Positions 55,101 through 64,000 of a stretch of 64,000 bases of DNA are shown one piece after another. The stretch is from the NCBI GenBank assembly GCA_019828565.1, contig JAHDYR010000038.1:388735-452734 (forward strand). The letters are read 5' to 3'. This DNA comes from Carpediemonas membranifera BICM (Eukaryota; Protista; Fornicata). The position numbers and the translations under genes are program-made. Each line of letters starts with the position of its first letter. The first letter of the stretch is position 1. The notes beneath the pieces are model-generated. The model saw only the letters and a program-made list of their open reading frames with translations, searched no databases and had not been told where the DNA came from.

Positions 55101-56255
55101 AACGGCTGGGGCTTCAGGCACCCACTCGACCACTGGGTGGCAGCATACCTTGGCGCCAGGAGTGATCTCATACGCATGGGCGGCCCTGGATACACCCCTG
55201 TCTGCGACACAGTCCCGCCCATCCCCCACATGGCAGGCTCGGACCCGGAACTCATGATGCCTAAGGCGGACCGGCCGCAGTGCGTTTTCTCCGAGCACAT
55301 ATACCGCGCCCGTCACAGGACGTCGAGGATTCCGTACGGCGAACTGCTGGCGGCCTGCCTCAACACGGCGGTAGACGACCAGTACGCGACAGCACGACCG
55401 GTGATAGCAGCCTATAGGGCGGTCCTCGGGGTTGGCATGATCTCGGGGCTCCCCAGCCCAGTGGCACGGCGCCTCCAGGACGGGAACACGGCACTCTTCT
55501 GCCCCTTCTGCGGCAAAGGTGTAACTAGAGGCACGTGGGAAGACCATGCCATGCTCTGTAGCGCGAAGCGCTGGTTCCCTCAGCGGAAGAGGAACCTTTT
55601 GCACCGCCACGACTTGGTGAAACACGGAATCGTACAGCTGCTTAGCACGACCTCGACAGAGGTCCTTCATGAGGAACCCCTTGATGATGGGCTCCTAAAG
55701 GACGAGAAGTACCGAGCAAAGGTTGCATACGACGAAATGGAACGCCTGCAGAAAGCAAACAGGCCTATTCCGCAAGCAATCGCTGATCAGGCAAGTAAGA
55801 TCACGCAGGCACGCGCAGATATCCTGATTAATGAGCCTCTGCTCCGGAACGGCCGTCCTCTAGTGATTGAGGTCACAGTCGGCAAGTCTGACTCGGACTC
55901 ATTCATCCAGAAGAAGAAGGACCAGTACGCCGACTACAATGTTGACGTCATCGTCGTCGCACTCACTCCAACCGGCAGCCACATCGAGTCAGCCGCCAGG
56001 AGTCTGGTTGAAATCGGACAGGAAATCTGCACGATCACTGGCGCAGAATGCTTTACTGACCGCCGAGCTCGGTCGGTTCTCGCGATCGCACTGATGGGCT
56101 GGCTACTGAAGAAGTCATTCGAGCTCCGCAAGGCACACCGCCTGCTCCATCTGGCCACGTCCGTGATCAATCCTCCACATCTCCCCCCACCCCCTCCCAC
56201 CGCCGCCATCCAGCGGAGTCAGCGTGGAGGCGCTTCGGCGCCCCGCAATGGCTGA
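52080..56255 (+). CDS. Non-LTR RT with N-terminal Zn finger, C-terminal CCHC and PD-(D/E)xK-type RLE endonuclease
   Basis: CRECG...H zinc finger; KPNGSLRPIG; QYG; DFTNAFN; GTIQGDALGPLLF; AYLDD; YLG; CPFCG..DHAMLC; RHD; RADILI...VIEVTV...KKKDQY. Confidence 0.92.
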   Translation, partial: SKRDSDSPTIPPGFEQVTLARLTQVESARRPESTPAPAPMPAPAPVPTPTHAPTPALTPAGNNGAPGSPAAEAPASAQRARRPVRARKVKLPYTPPSPRRRAPRAVGIPVARLTSRAAEGDQAHAARVELGAFLTPSPRPDLHRMSRTSSPTSDYESSWGGEGEETDSEATVIDQSASSEDPDDDTEEYEDPQASRSGPDGEAHTGGNHTEMPEELELSPDESDSGDDGGQEYYPTDDAPSETDEVSVTEPDAAGSATEAPTFILGSDEDYESLSGGGAEGSSDDEPDFTSATCPIRLPGVPDAATGRDLRHLLVAATADQISRYCGCQELPRICRECGMVFRHGGHAIWRRHVNVDQCDDSRLANRITAASIQLEMAARVGHRAPHMAQTHLPQRPRGVVPHSELAPAGTALAGRSLGRARMLGSMNLSADSRAVITSKLSQLRAFMAGHPQEGVDRAMETVAVLIRCLPHSGKFAAVGFRNAIRRVIRNIPATPRTAASRQRRQVEKAVDSFMLGQVGKSRKLLAPRHESAWSEDQIVAEVHRLFPADRADEIVPLPRTTVARAESLKWASPPPTLPRDLPTRECEEIMTGLDGTKAAGLSGWSNKHILQLLGRHLATDTRRNARRLRPADSNKSVVSAMTEIVSCIVRGESSCRPLTQAYLSMLPKPNGSLRPIGVNEPFYVIAGKYLAKLALGHLKPDDSGDDPAGALPDWLPEQYGLGGRSDVEKLIDRVDKAYRAGKYIVIADFTNAFNEANRHTMKAMVHEYAPALTDFVDQFYDDPRLYYETYGAAGTTARWVDVKRGTIQGDALGPLLFSFVMRCILDELTEAAPNERFAYLDDVASIHSTAGDATAEIATLTRIASKYGLRLNMAKTVILAHPDVHDAGHPFVHAWEYLGVTIGPTTSRVTAVQVTAEKVIDELSWLCGIIEQSTGHAKNQVSWMCLHIIRKCISADLNFMFRTNAPNVAIAERLEASLIEVARVIANSPAGWESARLDALWQKPSDNGWGFRHPLDHWVAAYLGARSDLIRMGGPGYTPVCDTVPPIPHMAGSDPELMMPKADRPQCVFSEHIYRARHRTSRIPYGELLAACLNTAVDDQYATARPVIAAYRAVLGVGMISGLPSPVARRLQDGNTALFCPFCGKGVTRGTWEDHAMLCSAKRWFPQRKRNLLHRHDLVKHGIVQLLSTTSTEVLHEEPLDDGLLKDEKYRAKVAYDEMERLQKANRPIPQAIADQASKITQARADILINEPLLRNGRPLVIEVTVGKSDSDSFIQKKKDQYADYNVDVIVVALTPTGSHIESAARSLVEIGQEICTITGAECFTDRRARSVLAIALMGWLLKKSFELRKAHRLLHLATSVINPPHLPPPPPTAAIQRSQRGGASAPRNG

Positions 56256-56723
56256 ATAATGGTATGTACATGTTTACATACAATCGAGTAAATTCATAAA
56301 TCAAACAGAATCAAACTATTGGGCAGATTATGAGCATATCGTTTAGCCGAAGCCCCTGAAGTCTCTCGCCGAAACAAACTGCCGAAAGACTAGACTAGTG
56401 AACTCAACGGGTTCGGACTTGTGAGAGAGTTCCCTTCGTTTGGGTGGCCCTGGGGTGTCCCAGCTTCCAAGATGCCCCGTGCAAACTTGACTGAGACTAT
56501 TCCTACGTCTTACACAGGCTAATATGTATGCTCCTTTGCTCAGGCAGACCTGCTGTGGAGGCCGTCGCGCAACTTTTTTGGGTGAAACCGATCGTCTTTA
56601 TGTGTATAGACAGATATAGGCCGGACAGTGCATCAAGAACGTATATATATGAATACTATAGAACCTGTAGCAGCACCATATATTACCCATGGGACCCAAT
56701 GACCAAATAATAAAAACTCAGCC

Positions 56724-57653
56724 TCACACCTCCGTGGCATCAGCCCGCGCCCTCTCTACCCTCCTCCCCTTCTCCTTCTCATTGAAGAACCTCGGCTCGG
56801 CCTGCGGCGGGATCGGATATTGTTCCATCCAGGTTCGATGGCTCTGCTGGGAGAACACCTCAGCCTCGTTGATTCGGATCAGATACTGTGACAGATACAT
56901 CAGATCGCAGTCCTCCACACCGACACTGGCGTCGTACCCCAGCCTGGGCGTGCCGAGGGCCCGGCTCCGGCTTGACTGGAACCAGGGTCGAACAAGCACC
57001 ACCCCCCGGCCGCTCAGACGGCAGCAGAGCATGTTGTCGTCGATCTGTATGATGTTTTCCAGTGAGTATGGGAGGTGTTGCGTGATGAGTTGCACGGGCT
57101 TGGCCAGAAAGTTGAACTTTCGGGGCTTGGAGTCAGATTCGACCGTCTGGTCAGATTTTTGATAATTCTCGCTCGATATGTTGTTAGTTGGCTCCTCTGC
57201 GTTATCTGGCGGCTTCTCTCCCTTCTTTCGCATGGTGGACTGGTAGACAAGGCATGAGCTACGGGAGAGGGAAAAGACTGGTCGGACTCCTAAAGCGTCA
57301 AGGTCGAGGAGCCTGAGCTTAAGTCTGAGTCCAGCACTGGTGGAGAGTGTCCAGAAGGCGATGTCGAAGTGCTTGGCGGCTTGGTAGAGTAGGGTTCGGG
57401 CATGAGGGCGGATACAGCCGCCCTCGTCTTGGTTGCTGATACATCCTGACGATATATCCAACAGAGTGTTGTCAAGATCGAAAATAAGGAGTCGAGGGTG
57501 CTTCATAGCGCTTCGATCGACAGTAATTGGCGGTAGTTTCCCGATTACGTTTGCCAGCCTAGTTTTCTTGTCTTCCATCAAGGTATTAGATCGTTGAAAG
57601 TTAGTATTCGGAAATATCTGCCCTGAAGCCATTACAGCTTCCAGAACAGGCAC
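56724..57653 (-). CDS. FCP1/SCP-type (NIF) HAD phosphatase, UBLCP1-like
   Basis: LLIFDLDNTL DxDxT motif, IRPH...L, IAFWT, KP, ENIIQIDDN. Confidence 0.8.
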   Translation of the reverse strand: MPVLEAVMASGQIFPNTNFQRSNTLMEDKKTRLANVIGKLPPITVDRSAMKHPRLLIFDLDNTLLDISSGCISNQDEGGCIRPHARTLLYQAAKHFDIAFWTLSTSAGLRLKLRLLDLDALGVRPVFSLSRSSCLVYQSTMRKKGEKPPDNAEEPTNNISSENYQKSDQTVESDSKPRKFNFLAKPVQLITQHLPYSLENIIQIDDNMLCCRLSGRGVVLVRPWFQSSRSRALGTPRLGYDASVGVEDCDLMYLSQYLIRINEAEVFSQQSHRTWMEQYPIPPQAEPRFFNEKEKGRRVERARADATEV

Positions 57654-58637
57654 TGACGCGTGTCAATTCATGTGCAGATTATGACGTCAAGCGGGCGGCC
57701 AGGAGAGCGATTTATTGGTGGTGCGGAGGGGCTCCGGTGCGGTCCAGTGGCATCAAGCCCGTCTGGTCCGTCCGGTCTTCCCTACTCTCCCTTAAAAATA
57801 GGCCTTGATTTGCGCTTCTGCCAGGAGTCAGAGTCAAATCAATCTGGCTCCTGGGCGCCCGTTGACTGACGAGATCAATTTCTGATTCGTTCAAATCTCG
57901 AATCTAGTGGAATTTAGGGTTATATCAGAAGATCCTGCCGAAGTGAATTGCCCCCTGCAGCCAAGCCCGTTGCCGAGAACCGGTGCAGTGGGGTGTTACC
58001 CCAGATTCAGGGTCAACCCTCTCATAAAGAGAGGCAGCCTGCTCCTTTGACTCGTCCATTTGCTCAAACCATAACCTTCAGCTGGCCATCGGTAGGGTAT
58101 TTACCATTTACGTTGGATCTACGCAGTCTGCTGGTAGCCATCTGCATGGCTTCGAGAGGCATGTGGGTACGCAGCAGCTTGTCGACTATCGACACACTCC
58201 ACCTGTTGCTCAATGATTGCCCTGGCGGCAGCTGCAAGGTTGATTCGAGAGACGACAACTTCAATCTCTTGAATCGTGTCTTCCATTAGTTTGTTTCTCT
58301 ATCCGAGGCAACCAAGCAAATGTGCACTTTGTGGTACGAGACAATCGCAGGTAGTGGTCACGCCCAATCGCCGTTTTGGGTAGTAGTGCCGACATATGAT
58401 GTCGGCAGTGTGTACTTGCAAGGACATGGGTGTACTACGAGAATCTTTGAAGGGAATGCGGGAAACATGGTGGTCAACAAAAGTCCAGTTTTGTTAATGG
58501 CCCAATAATTGCTGCAAGGGCTCCTCGGCCCAGCACAAGTCGTAACATTCACCCGATTGCTTTGATGTGGCCGTCGACCGATCGGGCGACAGACCCAGCC
58601 TGAAGTCGGCTTGAGTCTCCCACGAAATTGTGCAAGA

Positions 58638-59975
58638 ATGCAGAATCCCATGCATGCTCAGCAATCAAATCCTGTGCCAGGTGATCCTTCTAACCAAAAT
58701 AGCCCCGCTCAGGCGAGCCCGCGCCAGATCTACCCCGCTTGCATCACGAACACCGCTATCGGCCGCTTCACGATCTTCAATGACCTCAACGTGATGATGT
58801 GGAGCGAGAACAACTATCTCGCTATCCAGGGAATCAGAAACAACTATATCGAGGCCACTCTTTGGCTCGATCCTTCCCAAACCCAATTCCGTTTCCTCGA
58901 CGGTCGCAAGATGCAGGTAATCGCCCCCTCCATCCGCGTGATGACTGTTATCTGGTTCCTCGACGAGCAGGCGTGCAAGGCGGCGTATGATTTCGCCATG
59001 TATCTCATGTACACAGTTCTTCAGCAGACGGGCCGTCAGCTCATGCCCATGCGGAACGAGCACCCCCTTGGCGCTCCCGGCCAGCCTACCAAACACTACC
59101 ACGCAGACAACGCGCCCGTTTTCAAGCAGATTACCCGCGACCCCCGCTCCGGCCGGGTCAACCGCCGTGATCACGACGATATGGACATGGTCGCCGCCTA
59201 CTACATGTCCCGCGACGACCGCTGGCGTTACCGCCATCGCCGCAGAGACGGCTGCTGCGTCTGCTGCAACGGCACGGCCTCTGCAAACGACTCGCTGTTC
59301 GACTGGCTCCTCTTTTACTGGTGCATCTCGTCGTACTACTCCCCATACGACAACAGACAGACCTACGCCTGCTGCAACACCGTAGAGCTGGGTGACCTCA
59401 ACTGTGCCATGGACTGCGGGCCAATTGGCCCCACCCCGGCCTGCTCCGGCGGGAACTGCAGCGGCGCCTTCGACACTTGCGCGTGTGAAACCTGCCTGGC
59501 TGACGTGACTGGCTGTAAGGGTGGGTGCTACGGTGACACGCCGTGCGAGATCCCCGCGGTCTGCGACGGCTGTGCTGGCGGCACAGTGCCATCCTGCGAC
59601 TTTGACGTGTGCGATGGCGGTGTGGTGAACTGTGACATGCCCAATATCGACTTCTCCAACGCCGGGTGTGACCTCGACCACGTTGCCAGCGGCTGTACGG
59701 GCGGGAACATTGATGGCGTGCAATGTGACATTGGAAACTGTGATGTTTGCAACGCCATCGCGAGCGCCAACCCCGAGAGCGGCCTTGACGTATGCGCTAA
59801 GGGCTGCATCGGTGACTTTAACCCTGATTGCGAGCTTCCCGGTGGCATTGACCTTGGAGGCTGTGACGGCTGCAGCAACCTCGACCTGGGTGGCTGCGAC
59901 CTCGGTGGCCTGGATCTCAGCGGCTGTGACCTCAGCGGATGCGACCTCGGCGGTCTCGACCTCGGCAACTGCTGA
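58638..59975 (+). CDS. Protein with a possible PH/EVH1-like N-terminal domain and a long Cys/Gly/Asp-rich tail ending in DL(G/S)G(C/L) repeats
   Basis: Long ORF with biased codon usage; tail DLGGCDLGGLDLSGCDLSGCDLGGLDLGNC. Confidence 0.75.
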   Translation: MQNPMHAQQSNPVPGDPSNQNSPAQASPRQIYPACITNTAIGRFTIFNDLNVMMWSENNYLAIQGIRNNYIEATLWLDPSQTQFRFLDGRKMQVIAPSIRVMTVIWFLDEQACKAAYDFAMYLMYTVLQQTGRQLMPMRNEHPLGAPGQPTKHYHADNAPVFKQITRDPRSGRVNRRDHDDMDMVAAYYMSRDDRWRYRHRRRDGCCVCCNGTASANDSLFDWLLFYWCISSYYSPYDNRQTYACCNTVELGDLNCAMDCGPIGPTPACSGGNCSGAFDTCACETCLADVTGCKGGCYGDTPCEIPAVCDGCAGGTVPSCDFDVCDGGVVNCDMPNIDFSNAGCDLDHVASGCTGGNIDGVQCDIGNCDVCNAIASANPESGLDVCAKGCIGDFNPDCELPGGIDLGGCDGCSNLDLGGCDLGGLDLSGCDLSGCDLGGLDLGNC

Positions 59976-60630
59976 TAAATGTTTGATAGTACTAGCGGGT
60001 CGGCGACATTGCGTGGACTGCTCTGGCGTGTGAGGTTCGGCTGGACCTGTATGCGCGTCATCCAACATCTGACCTCCGCTTTACTTCATCGCCATCATAA
60101 ACCAACGAACTGGCCTGACACACCGTCATCCAATCAAATATTGTTTTTGAGTGCAACATAGATTTGTGTGGATACAAAACACAACCCGATCTTGCAGACC
60201 CAGTAGCAAGTGGGATGGCCAAAACAGCAGCAACGGAGTGCTATCCCCACTCAACCACTACCAGCCCTATCCAGCGTTGCTGTGATTTCTTGGAGCTTCA
60301 TGGAGCATGGAGAAGTCACAGCAGCCCGGCCCTGGGACGCCGTCGGCAAGTGCGACTTGATCGAACAAGTCACTATTGCGAATTACGTAACTCCATTTAT
60401 GGTGTACATTCACTCCCCCAGCACTGCCGCGGCATTAAACGTACCAACTTCTTGTTGCCTTTATCTCCCCTCACGGGCCGTTCACCCCGAGCAAATCACA
60501 CTATGACTCGCTGACTCCAGTTTCAAGCTGTGGCATATGAAGGTATTGCCATAGCTTGACACGGTGATATGTGATATGACACGATGATCACGTTCATTTG
60601 ATCCTCACTTCGGGAAAATCACCAAAATAC

Positions 60631-61420
60631 ATGTTCCGCTTCGATAACCGTGTTGTTGCTATCACTGGCGCCTCTTCCGGCCTTGGTGCCCAGGTTTGTC
60701 TCGTCAAGATCTCTAATGCAGATGGCTGATGCATTTGCCCAGCAGGGCGCCTCTCTTGTCCTCATGGCCCGCCGTGTGGAGAAGTGCGAGGCCCTCGCCA
60801 AGATCCTCAAGGAGAAGTACAACGCCGAGAGCCTCTGCATCAAATGCGACGTTACGTCCACCGAGTCCGTCAACGCCGCCGCCAAGTCCGCCGAGGAGAA
60901 GTTCGGCAACGTCGACATCCTCATCAACAACGCCGGCGCCAGCAAGAACGGCGGCTGCCTCGACATGACCGACGAGGATTGGGACTTCACCATCGACGTC
61001 GACCTCAAGTCCGTCTTCCTCGTGACTCGCGCCTTCGGCAACATCATGAAGAAGAACAACTACGGCCGCATCATCAACATCGCGTCCATCTACGGTCTGG
61101 TCGGCAACAAGATCCTCGAGGCCCCCACCTATCACGCCTCCAAGGGTGGTGTCATCAACTTCACCCGCGCCGTCGCGGCTGAGCTCGCCAAGTACAACAT
61201 CACGTGCAACGCCATCTGCCCCGGCTTCTTCACCACCGAGCTGACCGAGAGCTTCATGGAGACCGAGCTCTTCGACAACTACTGTAAGGCCTCCGTCCCC
61301 ATGCTCCGCTGGGGCAAGGAGGGCGAGATCAATCCCGGCGCCATCTTCCTGGCCAGCGAGGAGGCCTCGTACGTCACCGGCATCGCCCTCCCCATCGACG
61401 GCGGCTACACTGCCGTTTAA
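60631..61420 (+). CDS. Classical short-chain dehydrogenase/reductase (gluconate 5-dehydrogenase-like); intron 60694..60721
   Basis: TGASSGLG, CDV, INNAG, NIASIYG, YHASK, NAICPG, IDGG. A 28-nt intron joins MFRFDNRVVAITGASSGLGAQ to MADAF. Confidence 0.9.
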
Positions 61421-61721
61421 GTTTACGTTGTAAAACTCAGCTCAGCGGTGAACGCATTGCCCAGGCCGACTGATTCTTCGAGTCAAGACCCTGCCGCTTC
61501 ACGAGTCGGCGCCACATGATCAAGCCGCGCACCACTGCCATTGTCATTCTTACCCATTTACTAGCCTTACCTTACTGGGCGAGGGACAGGACGGACTGTG
61601 ACATGCACATCATAGTGGCATGACTAACGGCTGCAGCCCCCGCGACCGTCTGTTGTTCCAAGAATGGCACGCCGCTGTCCCACATTCATGGTGAAACTCG
61701 TTGCTGTCGACGCGCTGGTAG

Positions 61722-62435
61722 ATGCTGGCTAAACTGGAAGATGTTTTGACCGTCCACCCTTACGTGATATCTGAACTCGTTCTCGATCGTGTGGCTCAGT
61801 TTCCCAGACTTGGCCGCTGCCCCCGATTCCCGTTGTGGATGAGAAGATGGGCACAATTACTCCTTATAATGGTAACAGTGGCGTTCTGTGTTGATTTAAG
61901 GAACGATGAAACGGCTACCGTCACCGTTCCCGAGTTCCTCTCAACAATTTGCTCTTTTGGCAGCGAGACGGCGATCGAGCACGCCATTGAACCATCATCC
62001 GTGGGCATTAACACTGGTTCAAGCTCAGTAGATGTCCTAACAGACGATGACGAGTCCCTTTTGGACAAACTATTGGCCTTTTTCCTCGATGAGGTGCTCA
62101 CCAGAGTCATCAAGTACACAGTATGGGCATTCTTCCTCGCAGCGCTCATCTGTACCGTCTTTATGTTCGCGGTGCTGGGTCTATTTGTGATCATCATCAT
62201 TTTTGAAAGAATCGGCGCCTGTGCGTTTTCTACATCCGCGAGACAGCCTTCAGAAGCCCCATCAGTCCCCGTGCCCGTCCCCGCTGTCAAGAGTCTCGAG
62301 CCTGCCGCTGCTGTGCACAGACGTGTGAAGGATGCCTCCCGCCACAACCCCAAGCCCGTCCAAACGGGGGTCCCCCCAGTGGAGCAGGCTCGCCCTGATC
62401 TCGAAGCAAACCCATTTGTGATTGCCTGGCAGTAA
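61722..62435 (+). CDS. Hypothetical membrane protein
   Basis: Two hydrophobic regions and a Pro-rich tail; start uncertain. Confidence 0.5.
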   Translation: MLAKLEDVLTVHPYVISELVLDRVAQFPRLGRCPRFPLWMRRWAQLLLIMVTVAFCVDLRNDETATVTVPEFLSTICSFGSETAIEHAIEPSSVGINTGSSSVDVLTDDDESLLDKLLAFFLDEVLTRVIKYTVWAFFLAALICTVFMFAVLGLFVIIIIFERIGACAFSTSARQPSEAPSVPVPVPAVKSLEPAAAVHRRVKDASRHNPKPVQTGVPPVEQARPDLEANPFVIAWQ

Positions 62436-62603
62436 GGCAAAGGTCTGGTACACCATACAGGCTTCTCTCTTTTCGTTGTCATGCAGGTTCCATGATGTTT
62501 GGCATGAACAGCAATTCGCAGAAATTTTGTCTTTAAATTCGAGCACGCCCATTGTTGGCTCTGTCTGGCGTCTACATGAGGTCGATTGGGCGATATGACG
62601 CCC

Positions 62604-62628
62604 TGTTGCGCAGTATAAACACATTGTT
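62604..62628. repeat. 25-bp direct repeat, copy 1 (TGTTGCGCAGTATAAACACATTGTT)
   Basis: Exact match at 63586..63610; similarity extends 9 more bp with 3 mismatches. Confidence 0.9.
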
Positions 62629-62683
62629 CGAACCTCCCAGACAGGGCCTGAAAGGAACGATCAAAGTGCCAAACTGCAAAACA

Positions 62684-63409
62684 TCATCCGTCCGTAGACG
62701 AATGTTGGCGGTTAGCCAATTGATGATACTGGAATGATGTTGGAAGGCGCGGGATCGAGGTGCGACTGAACGGAGAGCCACTGAGCTCATCTTCCGTGGC
62801 AAGAGAACGCCACAGGATGTTCTCTGCAGCACTCTTGTCCCGATGATCAACATTCAGAGCATCAGGAACTGTTGCGCGCCACTGAGCACCACGGCACTGT
62901 GGATTTTCGCAGAGCATCACACGATGTGGGTGAACGTGCTGGTCATCACGCGGACGAACTCGCTTGTAGGGGGCGTGGCAGTGAGGGCAGACGACGGTGG
63001 TGCGGTCCTCGTTAACCATGTTAAGATCGACGACAATGTTATACCTCTTGAGAAGGGGTACTATCTCTCTCGCGAACTTTCGATATGGCGCGCAAGGAAT
63101 GAACATACCAGTAGGCGTGGTGAATCCCGAGCTCCCGTAGAAGACTTTCAGGCGAATGGGGGTGGCGACGGGATGGTGGCGACCGAACTCCCGAGCCAAC
63201 TGTTGGCCGCAGCGGGCGAAGTGCTGGAAGAAGGCCGGAGAGCCAACACCTGCGAGAGCCTCTTCGAGTCGGGCGAGGCTGCCCTGTAGCCTGTCACGGT
63301 ACGTCTTCACCGTGCGGGCGAGCCACAGCTTCACAGAGTTGGCGTATCGGGTGAACCACGCCGGAGACTGGGACTCACTCCATACGACGATACGATGAGC
63401 CATGAGCAT
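62684..63409 (-). CDS. Fanzor/TnpB-like RuvC + zinc-finger protein, N-terminally truncated
   Basis: KVFYGSSGF...AP...VNEDRTTVVCPHC...LCENPQC...HRDKSAAENI corresponds to RuvC-II Glu, zinc ribbon and RuvC-III Asp. No RuvC-I motif seen. Confidence 0.75.
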   Translation of the reverse strand: MLMAHRIVVWSESQSPAWFTRYANSVKLWLARTVKTYRDRLQGSLARLEEALAGVGSPAFFQHFARCGQQLAREFGRHHPVATPIRLKVFYGSSGFTTPTGMFIPCAPYRKFAREIVPLLKRYNIVVDLNMVNEDRTTVVCPHCHAPYKRVRPRDDQHVHPHRVMLCENPQCRGAQWRATVPDALNVDHRDKSAAENILWRSLATEDELSGSPFSRTSIPRLPTSFQYHQLANRQHSSTDG

Positions 63410-63585
63410 GCGATGATGAACACCATTACAAGCCTATACAAGTGTAGAAGTGAATTTAATGTGGAATAGAAGACAAGTGATGTTTGCAGCTGTGCTGACG
63501 TCCACGAAGAAGACGCTTTGTGGAAGCCCTGGAGAAGACGATCTCCCTACCGACTTAAGACGTGAGTAGGAGGGAGACAGGGCAG

Positions 63586-63610
63586 TGTTGCGCAGTATAA
63601 ACACATTGTT
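63586..63610. repeat. 25-bp direct repeat, copy 2
   Basis: Identical to 62604..62628. Confidence 0.9.
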
Positions 63611-63682
63611 TGACCCTTCAATAGCACACGCCCATGTGCCGTAACCTGCGCGACAATTTGGCAGCCTTGCTACAAGGACGCC

Positions 63683-64000
63683 ATGTCTGATATCCAGAAG
63701 CTATTCCGATCATTTGCGGAAAGACATCAGAACTTCACTGTATTTCCATTAGAAAACGATAGCATCGCACAGCTATGTGGTTTTGTCTCCATGAGCGCAG
63801 AGGAGCTCGAAGGGCTCTTTTCAGAGACTGCCACTGAAGTTAAGCCTATCATTCGCACTTTGCGGCAGATATACGGGGCGATGAAGGCCAGCTTCAACGG
63901 ACAGATGGAGTACTACAAGGAGCGCGTCGAGGAGGCCGAGGATCGCGCCCACGAGATCGCCAGCGACATGAGCGAGCTCGAGATCCAGCTCATGCTCGCC
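63683..64000 (+). CDS. Hypothetical coiled-coil protein, runs off the right edge
   Basis: MSDIQKLFRSFAERH...YKERVEEAEDRAHEIASDMSELEIQL, open to the end of the window. Confidence 0.55.
   Translation, partial: MSDIQKLFRSFAERHQNFTVFPLENDSIAQLCGFVSMSAEELEGLFSETATEVKPIIRTLRQIYGAMKASFNGQMEYYKERVEEAEDRAHEIASDMSELEIQLMLA

Larger units (their letters stand above)
38720..56300 (+). mobile_element. Non-LTR retrotransposon with restriction-like endonuclease (CRE/Genie/R2-type), interrupted by nested LTR elements; ends approximate
   Basis: ORF 38742..39169 rejoins 51750..52131 in frame (..DDRQR|GDMMLL..) once the insert and one AACG TSD are removed. It is followed by the RT-RLE ORF. Confidence 0.75.

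Noticed and set aside
56320-56530. Possible ribozyme or structured RNA downstream of the non-LTR ORF
   Set aside because: I could not identify a hammerhead or HDV core by eye; an Infernal/Rfam search would be needed.
57900-58510. Possible minus-strand gene between the phosphatase and the Cys-rich gene
   Set aside because: Only short frames with stops; no consistent intron model found.
62604-63610. CRISPR array
   Set aside because: Only two repeats about 1 kb apart, with no spacer periodicity, in a eukaryotic context.

Overview
Gene-dense eukaryotic DNA with tiny (28-38 nt) GT-AG introns whose branch point is fused to the 3' splice site, plus anaerobic enzymes ([FeFe]-hydrogenase-diflavin reductase fusion, hybrid cluster protein). 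This fits an anaerobic metamonad protist, Carpediemonas-like (inference). Host genes include a large Cys-rich surface protein, an ankyrin-DHHC palmitoyltransferase, a WD40-ankyrin-kinase, a cathepsin, GPN2, RPB5, EBP2, a Tom7-like protein, SUA5, an ABCC transporter, a HAD phosphatase and an SDR. A ~1.87 kb inverted duplication brackets 17.6-29.3 kb. The centrepiece is a triple nest of retroelements at 38.7-56.3 kb: an RLE-type non-LTR element is interrupted by Ty3/gypsy chromovirus B (121 bp LTRs, AACG TSD), which is itself interrupted by a related chromovirus A (108 bp LTRs, CCAC TSD). Both LTR elements share unusual features. They have no recognisable tRNA primer-binding site but a perfect 12-bp palindrome (different sequence in each) starting at the last LTR base. 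They also have a convergent antisense gene ending in a second chromodomain-like fold, a third small homologous ORF, and conserved hairpins. Near the right end is a truncated Fanzor/TnpB-like ORF bracketed by 25-bp direct repeats. Many single-base frameshifts lie in homopolymers and are probably assembly errors.
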